Below, in pieces: positions 18,638 to 28,109 of a stretch of DNA of 64,000 nucleotides. Both the position numbers and the translations under genes were made by a program. Under the pieces are notes generated by a model. That model worked only from the letters and a program-made list of their open reading frames with translations, did no database searches and was not told the origin of the DNA. Position 1 is the first letter of the stretch. Every line of letters starts with the position of its first letter. Source of the stretch: Gemmatimonadota bacterium (lineage in GTDB: Bacteria; Gemmatimonadota; Gemmatimonadetes; Longimicrobiales; Gaopeijiaceae); the NCBI GenBank assembly GCA_022825135.1, contig JAJDYN010000022.1:68891-132890 (forward strand), written 5' to 3'.

Positions 18638-19663
18638 ATGCGCATCGTGACCTTCGGCGAACTCATGCTGCGGCTCCGGGCCCCGGGGCGTGAGCGCCTG
18701 CTCCAGAGCCCGCGTCTCGAGGCGACCTTCGGGGGCGCCGAGAGCAACGTGGCGGTCTCGCTCGCCAACTTCGGGCTGGACGCGGCGTTCTGCACGGTCC
18801 TGCCCGCCAACCCGATCGGCGATGCGGCCATCGGCGAGCTGCGCCGCTTCGGCGTGGACACCCGGCACATCCGGCGGGGAGGTGAGCGCATGGGCATCTA
18901 CTACCTGGAGACGGGAGCGAACCAGCGGCCCAGCCGGGTGGTCTACGACCGCGCGAACTCGTCCATCGCCTGCGCCGGCCGAGGCGACTTCGACTGGGAT
19001 GCCGTCCTGGAGGGTGCGGACTGGTTCCACATCACCGGCATCACGCCGGCGCTCAGCTCCGCCGCCGCCGAAGTCTCCCTGCAGGCGGTCCGCCGGGCGC
19101 GGGAGCGGGGAGTGACGGTTTCGTGCGACTACAACTACCGGAGCAAGCTCTGGAAGTACGGAAGGGCCGCCCCCGAGGTGATGCGCGAGCTGGTGGCGCA
19201 CGTCCAGGTCGGCATCGCCAACGAGGAGGACTGCCAGCGCTCGCTCGGGATCGCATCGAACGTGGACGTAGAGGCCGGCGCCCTGGATCGTCAGCGCTAC
19301 CGGGTGCTGGCCGAGCGCGTGCTGGCCGCCTTTCCGAACCTCGAGAAGCAGGTCATCACCCTGCGCGAGAGCCGGAGCGCCGACGACAACGCGTGGGGCG
19401 CCTGCCTGCATAACGGGCGCGACTTCATGGTGAGCGGCAGATACGAGGTGCCGGACATCGTCGACCGCGTCGGAACCGGCGATGCCTTCGCCGCGGGATT
19501 CATCTACGGTCTCGCAACCTGTGCGGACGACCGCAACGCTCTGGAGTTCGCGACGGCGGCCGGCTGCCTGAAGCACTCGGTCCCCGGCGACTTCCACCGG
19601 GTCGGCGTGACCGAGGTGGAGGCGCTGATGAGCGGGGTTGGCAGCGGGCGCGTGCAGCGGTGA
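18638..19663 (+). CDS. kdgK: 2-dehydro-3-deoxygluconokinase (PfkB sugar kinase)
   Basis: ATG 18638 (or GTG 18635), 8 nt after GAGGAG. The N-terminus [10 protein letters not shown]...[16 protein letters not shown] and C-terminal [10 protein letters not shown] motif match KdgK-type kinases. Confidence 0.85.
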   Translation: MRIVTFGELMLRLRAPGRERLLQSPRLEATFGGAESNVAVSLANFGLDAAFCTVLPANPIGDAAIGELRRFGVDTRHIRRGGERMGIYYLETGANQRPSRVVYDRANSSIACAGRGDFDWDAVLEGADWFHITGITPALSSAAAEVSLQAVRRARERGVTVSCDYNYRSKLWKYGRAAPEVMRELVAHVQVGIANEEDCQRSLGIASNVDVEAGALDRQRYRVLAERVLAAFPNLEKQVITLRESRSADDNAWGACLHNGRDFMVSGRYEVPDIVDRVGTGDAFAAGFIYGLATCADDRNALEFATAAGCLKHSVPGDFHRVGVTEVEALMSGVGSGRVQR

Positions 19664-19686
19664 GGGCCCAGCGTGTGCCGCCCGCG

Positions 19687-20571
19687 TCAGCGATCGCGTG
19701 CTCGCCGTGACGCCGCGAGCACCCCCACCAGCCCCAGGCCGATCCAGAACGCGGACGATGCCGTCCACATCTTGACGCTCGGCAGGAGCGTCCACACCTC
19801 TCTCCCGCCGGTCGGGAGCTGCATCCCCCGTGTGAACGAATCTCCACCGATGTACCAGGCGACGAAGTCGCTGACCCGCTGCATCCAGTCGATGTCCCGA
19901 AAGTCGGCGATGCCCAGCACGACGCCGCCCGCGACCCACAGCCCGGCGGCCCAGAACAGCGGACGCCGCGTGGCGAGGATGAGCGTGCTGGCCACGAGGT
20001 AGGCGGCGGTCGCCGACGTGAACGGGAGTGCCCACTCCCACCACGGAGTGGTCCAGTTCACCGATTGCACGGCACCCGGCGTGCCCGCGGCGACTCCCGC
20101 CGGGTCGAGGACAAGCAGGCGAACCTCGTCGACCCCCAGGGACCCGCCGCTCGCCAGCGTCGTGAGCGTGACCCAAACGAGAGCCGCACCCAGGATCGCC
20201 ATGAGCCAGACCCATCCGGCCGCGACCTTGAGAAGCGCGTGTCTCCGGTGATCGACGGGCATCGACCACAGCGGGGTGTCGCCGAACCGCCGCTCGCCCT
20301 TCCACACCACGAGCGGAAGGAGCAGGGCGCCGAGCACGCCGAAGAAGCCCCAGGGCGGCTCCCCGGGATCGAAGACGAGTTCACCGATCTCCCCATCGAC
20401 CATCGCCTGCAGGACAGGCATTCTGCTGAAGGCGATGAGGGCCACCGAGCCGAGCGCCAGCGCCAGGGCTGCCAGGGCGCCCTCGCGGCGGATCGCGAGC
20501 CCGACCACGCGAAGCTGTTCGCCCCACACCGCCTTCATTGCGGGTATGCGGCTTGCGGGTGAGTCCGTCAT
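19687..20571 (-). CDS. integral membrane protein of YtrA-type ABC module
   Basis: 294 aa with several hydrophobic segments. The start overlaps the ABC ATPase stop (ATGA). No family recognised. Confidence 0.65.
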   Translation of the reverse strand: MTDSPASRIPAMKAVWGEQLRVVGLAIRREGALAALALALGSVALIAFSRMPVLQAMVDGEIGELVFDPGEPPWGFFGVLGALLLPLVVWKGERRFGDTPLWSMPVDHRRHALLKVAAGWVWLMAILGAALVWVTLTTLASGGSLGVDEVRLLVLDPAGVAAGTPGAVQSVNWTTPWWEWALPFTSATAAYLVASTLILATRRPLFWAAGLWVAGGVVLGIADFRDIDWMQRVSDFVAWYIGGDSFTRGMQLPTGGREVWTLLPSVKMWTASSAFWIGLGLVGVLAASRRARDR

Positions 20572-21509
20572 GTTGCCTCCCTTGCCGAGAGCAATGCCAG
20601 CGCTGCTTCGTCCACCGACAGGGGAGCGACTTCACGCACCGCCGCGCCCGCCTGCGACAGGCCGCGCGTAACGGCATCACGGTCGCCCCACACCGTCCAT
20701 TCGATCGCGCGGGCCGCGTCGCTGCGCCTGACTACGCGCCCCGCCAACTCGCCGGGTCCCCTCCAGCCTTCGGGAACATCCGCCCAATAGCGCAGCAGGC
20801 CGCCGTACAGCTCGTCGCGCGGCAGTTGGCCCAGGAGCCGTCCCTCCGATAGCACGCCCACGTGATCCACCAGGGGCTCCACCTCGTAGACCCTGTGCGT
20901 GGAGATCACAACGGTGGTCGGAGAATCGGCGAGGTGTTCGCTGAGGATGCTCAGGGTCTCGTCGCGCACCACATGGTCCAGGCCGTCGGTCGGCTCGTCC
21001 AGAAGGAGCAGCGGCGGCCTGTGCGCCAGTGCCAGAACGAGCTGCACGCGTCGGCTCTCACCCTTCGACAGCGTGTGGCACTTGCGTCGGGGATCGATCC
21101 CGTACCTGGCCCTCAATCTGCGGGCATACTCCGCGTCCCAGGACGGGTGGTAGACCGCCTGGTGCCCCAGCAGCCGGCCCACCGTCATCCAGGCGTAGCC
21201 GACCCGGTAGTCCTCAGGTACATGGCCGATATCCGCGCGCACTTCGGCTCCCCGGTCGGCCGGGTCCCGCCCCAGGACGCTGACCGCTCCGTCCTGGTAT
21301 CGCACGAGACCCATGAGGGTCCGAATCAGCGTGCTCTTGCCCGCGCCGTTGGGACCCACGAGCACGTATACGGACCCCTCCGGAACCTGCAGATCCAGGC
21401 CGTCCAGAGCGCGTGCAGAACCGAACTGCTTCGCCAGCCCTCGTGTCGTCACCGCGAATGGACCGTTCCCGAGGTCGATGGGAAGCGCCGCGGTAGCTGT
21501 GTCCGTCAT
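20568..21509 (-). CDS. ABC transporter ATP-binding protein
   Basis: Walker A GPNGAGKST, signature LSKGESRRV, Walker B LLLLDEP. It overlaps both neighbours by 4 bp. Confidence 0.9.
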   Translation of the reverse strand: MTDTATAALPIDLGNGPFAVTTRGLAKQFGSARALDGLDLQVPEGSVYVLVGPNGAGKSTLIRTLMGLVRYQDGAVSVLGRDPADRGAEVRADIGHVPEDYRVGYAWMTVGRLLGHQAVYHPSWDAEYARRLRARYGIDPRRKCHTLSKGESRRVQLVLALAHRPPLLLLDEPTDGLDHVVRDETLSILSEHLADSPTTVVISTHRVYEVEPLVDHVGVLSEGRLLGQLPRDELYGGLLRYWADVPEGWRGPGELAGRVVRRSDAARAIEWTVWGDRDAVTRGLSQAGAAVREVAPLSVDEAALALLSAREAT

Positions 21510-21910
21510 CGTCCGTCCTCCTTCCTTCCGTCACCATGAGCATCTCCACCCTCCACCTCCCGCAGCGCCGTCATCAGATCGGCCAGCGCGAGTCCGTTCC
21601 GCGAGGCGTCAGCCAGGGCCCGCCTCGCCACCTCCCTCGCAAGGCGCGGCCGCTCCTTTTCCTCCGGCCGCACCCCCGGCGCCACGAACGTGCCCTTCCC
21701 GTGCCGGACCCGTACCAGGCCGTCGCGCTCGAGCGCCGCATACGCCTGCGAAACGGTCCGCGGATTCACGCGGAGGCTCGAGGAGAGTTCGCGCACAGAG
21801 GGGAGCGGGTCTGCCGGACGAAGACTTCCGCGAACGAGACCGCTGCGCACCGCGTCCATGATCTGGACGTACAGCGGTCGGCCGTCGGCGTGGCTGAGTC
21901 TGATCTTCAT
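21506..21910 (-). CDS. GntR family transcriptional regulator, YtrA-like (short effector domain)
   Basis: 134 aa. Winged HTH: LPSVRELSSSLRVNPRTVSQAYAALERDGLVRVRHGKGTFV. Confidence 0.85.
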   Translation of the reverse strand: MKIRLSHADGRPLYVQIMDAVRSGLVRGSLRPADPLPSVRELSSSLRVNPRTVSQAYAALERDGLVRVRHGKGTFVAPGVRPEEKERPRLAREVARRALADASRNGLALADLMTALREVEGGDAHGDGRKEDGR

Positions 21911-21919
21911 GGCGCCTCA

Positions 21920-21952
21920 ACTGTTGTAGTCATGTACTACAGATGCAACAGT
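21920..21952. promoter_or_regulatory. candidate GntR/YtrA operator (nested inverted repeat)
   Basis: ACTGTTGTAGTCATGTACTACAGATGCAACAGT. Outer arms are ACTGTTG (21920-26) and CAACAGT (21946-52); inner arms are GTAGT (21926-30) and ACTAC (21936-40). It is AT-richer than its surroundings and lies 10-42 bp upstream of the regulator's start codon. Confidence 0.4.
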
Positions 21953-22137
21953 AGGGGAAGCAGCCGAGCGAGTCAAGGGACCAGGGAAGACGGGAGATCG
22001 ATCATCACCATTTCCTCGATGGCCACTCCGTGGTGGGCCTGCGGGACCTTGCCGTCTACAGCCCATCCTCGCCAGGCTTTCCCAGGGGGCAGCTGTCGTG
22101 TTGGAGCCAAGTGATCTGCACACGCGAAGGGGGCCGA

Positions 22138-22620
22138 ATGAGCAACCTGGCGCTCACCAGGGACGGGGAGACGGACATCGTCGCAACGCGCCGTTTCAAG
22201 GCCTCGCCCGAGGCGCTCTACCGCGCGCACACCGACCCGGAGCTCATCCGGCAGTGGGTGCTCGGGCCGCCTGGATGGTCAATGACGGTGTGCGTGAACG
22301 AGGCCAGGCCCGGGGGGCGTATCCATTACGAATGGCAGCATGAGGATGGCCAGCGGTTCGGGATCACGGGTGAGATGCTCGAGATCGAGCCCGGCACGCG
22401 CATCGTCCACAGCGAGCGGATGGAGCTGGACGACGCGACCGCCGAATACCGCGTTGAGACCCGGTTCGAAGCCGACGGCGAAGGCGCTCTCCTGACAATG
22501 CGCATGGTCTTCGCCGATGAGGCGACCCGAGAGACGATGATCGAAACCGGGATGGAGCAGGGCATGGAGGCAAGCTACGCCCGCGTCGATCCGCTGTTCA
22601 CGAGCCCCGGCGGCCAATGA
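22138..22620 (+). CDS. SRPBCC family protein (Aha1/activator of Hsp90 ATPase-like domain)
   Basis: ATG 22138 follows GAAGGGGG. The pattern TRRFKASPEALYRAHTDPELIRQW...GGRIHYEW...G.MLEIEPGTRIVHSE is typical of SRPBCC/AHSA1 proteins. Confidence 0.7.
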   Translation: MSNLALTRDGETDIVATRRFKASPEALYRAHTDPELIRQWVLGPPGWSMTVCVNEARPGGRIHYEWQHEDGQRFGITGEMLEIEPGTRIVHSERMELDDATAEYRVETRFEADGEGALLTMRMVFADEATRETMIETGMEQGMEASYARVDPLFTSPGGQ

Positions 22621-22630
22621 GCCCTGAACA

Positions 22631-22676
22631 CCCACTACCGGTTGTGGGATGCCCCTGCCGGTAGTGGGTATGCCTG
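22631..22676. repeat. REP-like palindromic intergenic element, copy B
   Basis: CCCACTACCGGTTGTGGG (22631-48, one mismatch from the copy-A palindrome) followed by ATGCCCCTGCCGGTAGTGGGTATGCCTG. It lies between convergent genes. Confidence 0.7.
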
Positions 22677-22698
22677 CCGCGGGAGGATCGCGGCCCGG

Positions 22699-23802
22699 CT
22701 AGCGCCAACTGTTGACGATGTCCTCGGCGATGCGGCCCAGCGTGGACTCCAGCTCGATGAAGTCGCCGGTGTTCTGGTTGGTGAAGACCGCGATCACGGT
22801 GGGTCCGCCTTCGTAGTACAGGATCCCCACGTCGTTGCCGGCATAGGGCGGCCAGTCGCCGGTCTTGTGGGCCACGGAGGCGCGGAAACGGATATAGCGG
22901 GGCAGACGCGTGCTGTAGAACTGGCGTTCGAGGACGTCGATCATCTCGTCGCTCGACGCGCGCGAAGCGATATCGGCGTTATGGATCTGCGCGAGCAGAC
23001 CGGCGATCTCGCGGGCGGTGATGCTGCCCAGCCATTCCTCCGGGTCGCCCTCGAAGCGGAAGGTGCGCGCGGACGCCTCGGGGTCGGAGGGAAAGCCGCG
23101 CTCGAAGACCTCGCGGTGGGACAGCGCCTCGTTGGCTGGATCGGCCATGACCCATACCCGGCGGAAGAGATCGCCGGTGGTGGCGCGCAGGCGGGTCTGT
23201 TCGTAGCCGAACTCCGACAGCATCTCGTTGACCCGTTCCTGGCCGAGGCGTGCGATCATGATGTCGGTGGCGGTGTTGTCGCTGGTGATGATCATCTGGG
23301 TGATCAGGTCGCGCCAGGTCGGCTCCAGCCTGGGCGCGAAGGTCTGGAGCAGGCCGCTGCCCCGGCGCAGATCCTCGGGCCGGATGCGGTAGCGCTCGTC
23401 GAGGTCGAGCGTCCCTCCTTCCGCGTCGCGATATGCGAGCACCATGACCGGGATCTTGATAACGCTGAGCGCGTTCATCGGCTCGTCGGCGCGGATGGCG
23501 ATTTCGCGGCCCGACGGCAGGTGCCGGGCGTAGAGCGAGGTGCGGGCCGGGAGGCCATCGAGCCGGGCCGTCACGCGCGCGGCGAGCCCGGAGGCGTCGC
23601 CGGCGGTGGCGTCGCCGGATTCGACCGGGAGCAGGCCGGTTCTCGCTCCGCCCGCGGTGCCATCTCCCGCGGATGAGCCTCCGGGGACGGATCCATCAAC
23701 GCAGGCCATTGCGAAACCGGACAGCACCGCCAGCATCACGGCTCGGGAACCGAGCCTTGCGGCCTCCGGCGAGATCCTGGTTCCGGGCCCGTCCCGGTCC
23801 AT
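22699..23802 (-). CDS. class A beta-lactamase-related serine hydrolase, exported/lipoprotein
   Basis: SxxK (SVIK), SDN (ITSDNTA) and KTG (AHKTGDW) motifs are all present. N-terminal hydrophobic segment with Cys (LSGFAMAC). ATG 23802 overlaps the upstream stop (TGATG). The start is uncertain. Confidence 0.75.
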   Translation of the reverse strand: MDRDGPGTRISPEAARLGSRAVMLAVLSGFAMACVDGSVPGGSSAGDGTAGGARTGLLPVESGDATAGDASGLAARVTARLDGLPARTSLYARHLPSGREIAIRADEPMNALSVIKIPVMVLAYRDAEGGTLDLDERYRIRPEDLRRGSGLLQTFAPRLEPTWRDLITQMIITSDNTATDIMIARLGQERVNEMLSEFGYEQTRLRATTGDLFRRVWVMADPANEALSHREVFERGFPSDPEASARTFRFEGDPEEWLGSITAREIAGLLAQIHNADIASRASSDEMIDVLERQFYSTRLPRYIRFRASVAHKTGDWPPYAGNDVGILYYEGGPTVIAVFTNQNTGDFIELESTLGRIAEDIVNSWR

Positions 23803-23996
23803 CAGTCCGCCTCGAAGCCGATGCGCTTGTGGGTTCCGTCGCAGAAGGGCTTGTTCGCCGAGCCGCCGCAGCGGCAAAGGAAGGTCGCCTTGCCGGGGCG
23901 CGTTGCGATGGGGTCTCCGGCGTCGTTCTGGAGCTCGAGTTCGCCATCGATTCGACAGGGTCCGTTCCTGATGACGCGGATGGTCACTTGTGACAT
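23802..23996 (-). CDS. CDGSH iron-sulfur domain-containing protein
   Basis: 64 aa from MSQVTIRV. The motif CRCGGSANKPFCDGTH matches the CDGSH 2Fe-2S signature. Confidence 0.8.
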   Translation of the reverse strand: MSQVTIRVIRNGPCRIDGELELQNDAGDPIATRPGKATFLCRCGGSANKPFCDGTHKRIGFEAD

Positions 23997-24081
23997 TCGC
24001 TTCCTCGCTGGATTGGGGGGAGATTCAGCCACGCATGTATGGCCGCCGTCCGGGTGCTAGATTTGTCACCATTGAGCGCGA

Positions 24082-25347
24082 ATGACAACCCGGAGCGATG
24101 GAAGCGCCATGAGTCACGTGAAGCGCAGGCCCTCGGCGGCCGTGAATGTCGGCGGAGTCATGGTCGGCGGGGACCACCCGGTCGTCGTGCAGTCGATGAC
24201 CAACACGGACACCGCGGACGCCGCGGCAACCGCCGCCCAGGTCGCCGCCCTGGCCGCCGCCGGGAGCGAGCTGGTGCGGATCACGGTCAACCACCACCCG
24301 GCCGCCCGCGCGGTCCCCGAGATCGTTGCGCGCCTGCGCGACCAGGGCGTGGAGGTCCCCATCGTGGGCGATTTCCACTACAACGGGCACATCCTGCTCG
24401 CCGAGCATCCTGCGTGCGCGCGCGCCCTCGCCAAGTACCGCATCAACCCCGGCAACGTCGGCGCCAAGCGGCGCGACGAGAACTTCAGCAGCATCATCCG
24501 GCTGGCCATCGAATACGACAAGCCGGTGCGCATCGGCGTCAACTGGGGGTCGCTGGACCGGCGGCTGCTCACCGAGCTCATGGACGAGAACGCGAAGCGG
24601 ACCCGTCCGCGCGACGCCGGGGAGGTGGTGCTGGATGCGATGGTGGAGAGCGGGATGCGCTCCTCCGTCCTCGCCGAGGAGGTCGGGCTGGGCCACGACC
24701 GCATCGTGATCAGCGCAAAGGTATCCAAGGTGCAGGACCTGGTGACCGTTTATCGCCAGCTGGCGCCCCTGAGCGACTACGCGCTTCATCTCGGGCTGAC
24801 GGAAGCCGGCATGGGGATTCCGGGCATCGTCGCCAGCGCCGCGGGGCTCGCCCCGCTTCTGCTCGAGGGGATCGGCGACACCATCCGCGTCTCGCTGACG
24901 CCCCGCCCGGGTGGGGACCGGACCGAGGAGGTACAGGTTGCGAAGCAGATCCTGCAGGCGCTCGAGATCCGCAACTTCGAGCCCCAGGTCACCTCATGTC
25001 CGGGATGCGGACGGACCACCAGCGTTTTCTTCCAGGAGTTGGCGGAGGACATCCAGGGCTATCTGCGCGCGCAGATGCCGGTCTGGAAGTCGATGCATCC
25101 CGGGGTCGAGGAAATGCGCGTCGCGGTCATGGGCTGCGTGGTGAACGGTCCCGGGGAGTCCAAGCATGCCGATATCGGCATCTCGCTGCCCGGCACCTTC
25201 GAGGAACCCAAGGCCCCGGTCTACGTGGACGGGGCCCACTACTGCACGCTCAAGGGCGAAGGCCTGGCGGACGAGTTCAAGGAGATCGTGGACGACTACG
25301 TGCGTCGCCGATACGGGATGGAGGAGACGGCGGGCGCAGGCGTCTGA
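24082..25347 (+). CDS. ispG: 4-hydroxy-3-methylbut-2-en-1-yl diphosphate synthase (flavodoxin)
   Basis: [24 protein letters not shown]-terminal Cys motifs ([18 protein letters not shown]). Alternative start ATG 24109. Confidence 0.9.
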   Translation: MTTRSDGSAMSHVKRRPSAAVNVGGVMVGGDHPVVVQSMTNTDTADAAATAAQVAALAAAGSELVRITVNHHPAARAVPEIVARLRDQGVEVPIVGDFHYNGHILLAEHPACARALAKYRINPGNVGAKRRDENFSSIIRLAIEYDKPVRIGVNWGSLDRRLLTELMDENAKRTRPRDAGEVVLDAMVESGMRSSVLAEEVGLGHDRIVISAKVSKVQDLVTVYRQLAPLSDYALHLGLTEAGMGIPGIVASAAGLAPLLLEGIGDTIRVSLTPRPGGDRTEEVQVAKQILQALEIRNFEPQVTSCPGCGRTTSVFFQELAEDIQGYLRAQMPVWKSMHPGVEEMRVAVMGCVVNGPGESKHADIGISLPGTFEEPKAPVYVDGAHYCTLKGEGLADEFKEIVDDYVRRRYGMEETAGAGV

Positions 25348-25366
25348 GCCGGAGGCGGGGCGGCGG

Positions 25367-25993
25367 CTACGGGCTCGACAGATGCGTTTCGCATTCGCGC
25401 ACACCCTCCTCGACGTCGGCGGCCCGGTAAAGCTCCGCCGCCCTGCGCCACAGGATCCGCGCCCCTTCAGCGTCCCCGAGTTCCTCCCTGAGCAGGGCCA
25501 TGGGCCGAAGGGCGTTGGCGTGGTCCAGGGGATGCGCCGTCTCGGCCCGGTCGTACAGGTCGAGCGCCTCCTCGTAACACCGTCCCGCTGAATCGAGCCG
25601 GCCCAGCCGCTGGTTCACCTGGCCAAGGTGCCGCACCGCGTGCGCGAGCCGCAGCGGATCGCGGGTCTCCCGCGCGGCCGCGACCGACTCCTCGAACAGA
25701 GTCCGGGCCTTGTCCGGGTGGCCCTGGTCAAGCGCAACGTGACCGAGCTTGCCCAGTGCGACGGACAGCTCCTGCGTCGCACCCGCCTGCCGGGAGATCT
25801 CGCAGGCCCTGACGAGGTCGGCCTCGATCCGTGCCATGAGGGTGCCGAGGGCCGTCTCGTCGGCTGGTGGCGACTGCAGCGCCTCCCAACGCGATCGCCA
25901 CGCCTTCACGATGAGCGCCCGCGCGTGCTCCTTCCCCTCTCCAGCCGGTTCGGAGCGTTGCGACATGGAGCGCCCGGGTTCCACGGCCATCAC
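25367..25993 (-). CDS. tetratricopeptide repeat protein
   Basis: Repeated A..LG...L..G....A...FEEAL-type helical pairs (LGKLGHVALDQGHPDKARTLFEES, LGQVNQRLGRLDSAGRCYEEALDLY). Confidence 0.65.
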   Translation of the reverse strand: MMAVEPGRSMSQRSEPAGEGKEHARALIVKAWRSRWEALQSPPADETALGTLMARIEADLVRACEISRQAGATQELSVALGKLGHVALDQGHPDKARTLFEESVAAARETRDPLRLAHAVRHLGQVNQRLGRLDSAGRCYEEALDLYDRAETAHPLDHANALRPMALLREELGDAEGARILWRRAAELYRAADVEEGVRECETHLSSP

Positions 25994-25996
25994 CTT

Positions 25997-26617
25997 CTAC
26001 GACGGCCCGTACGAACCGGGGGGCGGGGCCCAGGGGCCGTCGCTGGTGGCGTCGAGGCGCGTGCGCACGGCCCGCCATCCCATCTCGGCGTCGGGCACCA
26101 TCAGGATGTCCCACACTTCGCGCCGGATCACCCCGTTTGTACCGGCCCCGTCGATCAGACGGACCACGCGCATCGACAGCCGTCCGCCGGCGATGGGTTC
26201 GGGCATGACGAGTTGGTAGAGCACGCCCGCGTCCCGGATGCGGCAGCCCTCGGGGGAAGGGAAGTCGGGGCAGAGCAGCACGTCCTCGACCGCGGCGACC
26301 TCGACGTAGCCGAGCTGCTCCAGCGCGCTCCGGTTCTCGTCGTCCAGCAGGGCGCGACCGGTGACGCCGGGAGGGCGCCCGACCTGCTCGGCGAAGAAGG
26401 TGGGCTGCTCGCCCGGACGCAGCACGTCGAAAATGACCTCGACGGCCTTGCGGTCGGCCCGTTGCGCCACGGCGTGTGTCGGCGTGAGGGCGATCAGCGC
26501 CGCCAACGTCGCCACGGCGAGGACGATCGACCGCGCTGTTCGCCTCCGCCGCCCCGGACGCCACACCGCCGGGTCCGGTCGCCTCGTCCGTCCGGTTGGC
26601 ACGCGTATGCGCATCAC
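25997..26617 (-). CDS. hypothetical exported protein
   Basis: Arg-rich n-region plus hydrophobic segment (SIVLAVATLAALIALTP). No family recognised. It is tightly packed between gltX and the TPR gene. Confidence 0.55.
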   Translation of the reverse strand: MMRIRVPTGRTRRPDPAVWRPGRRRRTARSIVLAVATLAALIALTPTHAVAQRADRKAVEVIFDVLRPGEQPTFFAEQVGRPPGVTGRALLDDENRSALEQLGYVEVAAVEDVLLCPDFPSPEGCRIRDAGVLYQLVMPEPIAGGRLSMRVVRLIDGAGTNGVIRREVWDILMVPDAEMGWRAVRTRLDATSDGPWAPPPGSYGPS

Positions 26618-26621
26618 CGGC

Positions 26622-28106
26622 TCACCCGCCGCCCGACGCGGCCGCGGCCTGGGCGGCGGGCGCGGAATCGGTCACTCCTGCGGCCAGCGTCTCCAGCGCC
26701 CTGTCGATGCGGTCGAGGGAGAGGTCCTTGCCGAGGTGGTACAGCACGTCGAAGATGCCGGGGCTCACGGCCTGGCCGGTGAGCGCCACCCGGAGCGGAT
26801 GGATCAGGCGCCCCGCACCGACGCCGAGCTTGGCCGCGAGACTCCGGAGCGCGCGTTCAAGCGGCTCCGGCTGCCACTCGCAGCCATCGAGGGTCCGCCG
26901 GAGCGCGGTCAGGTACTCCTGCACCTGCGCACGGCGCTTCCAGTGCTTCCGCACAGCCTTGGGCTCGTATGCGATCTCGCCCGGCAGGTACAGCGACACG
27001 TTGCGGGCCAGCGCGTCCAGGCTGCGTGCTCGCGTCCGCAGCAGGTCGAGCAGGCCGTCGTACCAGCCCGGCCGGTCCTTGACCGCCGCATCCGCTGCCT
27101 GCGAGGGCTCGGCCAGGCGCGCGGTCACGAGCGACCCCAGCCGGGCGAGATCCATGCGCGACAGGTGGCGGCCGTTGAGCCAGGCGAGCTTGTCGGCGTC
27201 GAACACCGAGCCCTTGTGCAGGATGCGCTTGAGCGAGAATCGCCGGACGATCTCGTCCAGCTCCATCACTTCGCGGTCGTCGCCGGGGGACCAGCCGAGC
27301 AGGGCCAGGAAGTTGACCATCGCCTCCGGCAATATGTCGCGCCGATACTCGGCGATATCAGTGGCGCCGTGGCGCTTGGAGAGGCGCTTGCCGTCCCGTC
27401 CCAGGATGAGCGGCACGTGGCCGAAGCGCGGCACCGGCAACCCCAGGGCCCGCGCCAGCAGGATCTGCTTGGGCGTATTGGACAGGTGGTCGTCGCCCCG
27501 GAGCACCATGTCGATGCGCGCGTGGGCATCGTCGCACACCACCGCGAGGTTGTAGGTCGGGCTGCCGTCGGCGCGCAGAATGACCAGGTCGTCGATGTCC
27601 CGGTTGCGGAAGCGCATGGGGCCGTGGACGGCGTCCTCCCATTCGGTCGAGCCCTCCGGGACGAGGAAGCGCACCGCGTGCGGTTCGCCCGCCGCGGCGC
27701 GCTCTTCGGCTTCGCCGGGCGCCAGCGCCTCCGCCCGCCGCCGGGCCGCCCGGGTGGCCTCGCCCGCCAGGGCGGCGATGTTGGCGCGGTCGCGGGCGAG
27801 TTGCTCGGGCGTGGAGAAGTCCCGGTACGCATGCCCGCCGGCCAGCAGCTTGCGCCCGCCGGCCGTGTGCTCGCCCACCCGGTCGCTCTGGAAGAAGGGT
27901 CCCTCGTCCCATTCGATGCCGAGCCACGCGAGCCCGCGCAGGATCGCATCGGTCATCGCCTCGCTGGAACGGGCGCGGTCGGTGTCTTCGATGCGCAGCA
28001 CGAAGGTCCCGCCGCTCCGGCGCGCGAGCAGCCAGTTGAAGAGCGCGGTGCGGGCCCCTCCGACATGCAGAAACCCCGTCGGCGACGGAGCGAAGCGAAC
28101 GCGCAC
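26622..28106 (-). CDS. gltX: glutamate--tRNA ligase
   Basis: MRVRFAPSPTGFLHVGGARTALFNWL (HIGH-type motif), IEDTD, KLSKRHG (KMSKS-type). Confidence 0.92.
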   Translation of the reverse strand: MRVRFAPSPTGFLHVGGARTALFNWLLARRSGGTFVLRIEDTDRARSSEAMTDAILRGLAWLGIEWDEGPFFQSDRVGEHTAGGRKLLAGGHAYRDFSTPEQLARDRANIAALAGEATRAARRRAEALAPGEAEERAAAGEPHAVRFLVPEGSTEWEDAVHGPMRFRNRDIDDLVILRADGSPTYNLAVVCDDAHARIDMVLRGDDHLSNTPKQILLARALGLPVPRFGHVPLILGRDGKRLSKRHGATDIAEYRRDILPEAMVNFLALLGWSPGDDREVMELDEIVRRFSLKRILHKGSVFDADKLAWLNGRHLSRMDLARLGSLVTARLAEPSQAADAAVKDRPGWYDGLLDLLRTRARSLDALARNVSLYLPGEIAYEPKAVRKHWKRRAQVQEYLTALRRTLDGCEWQPEPLERALRSLAAKLGVGAGRLIHPLRVALTGQAVSPGIFDVLYHLGKDLSLDRIDRALETLAAGVTDSAPAAQAAAASGGG

Positions 28107-28109
28107 GGG

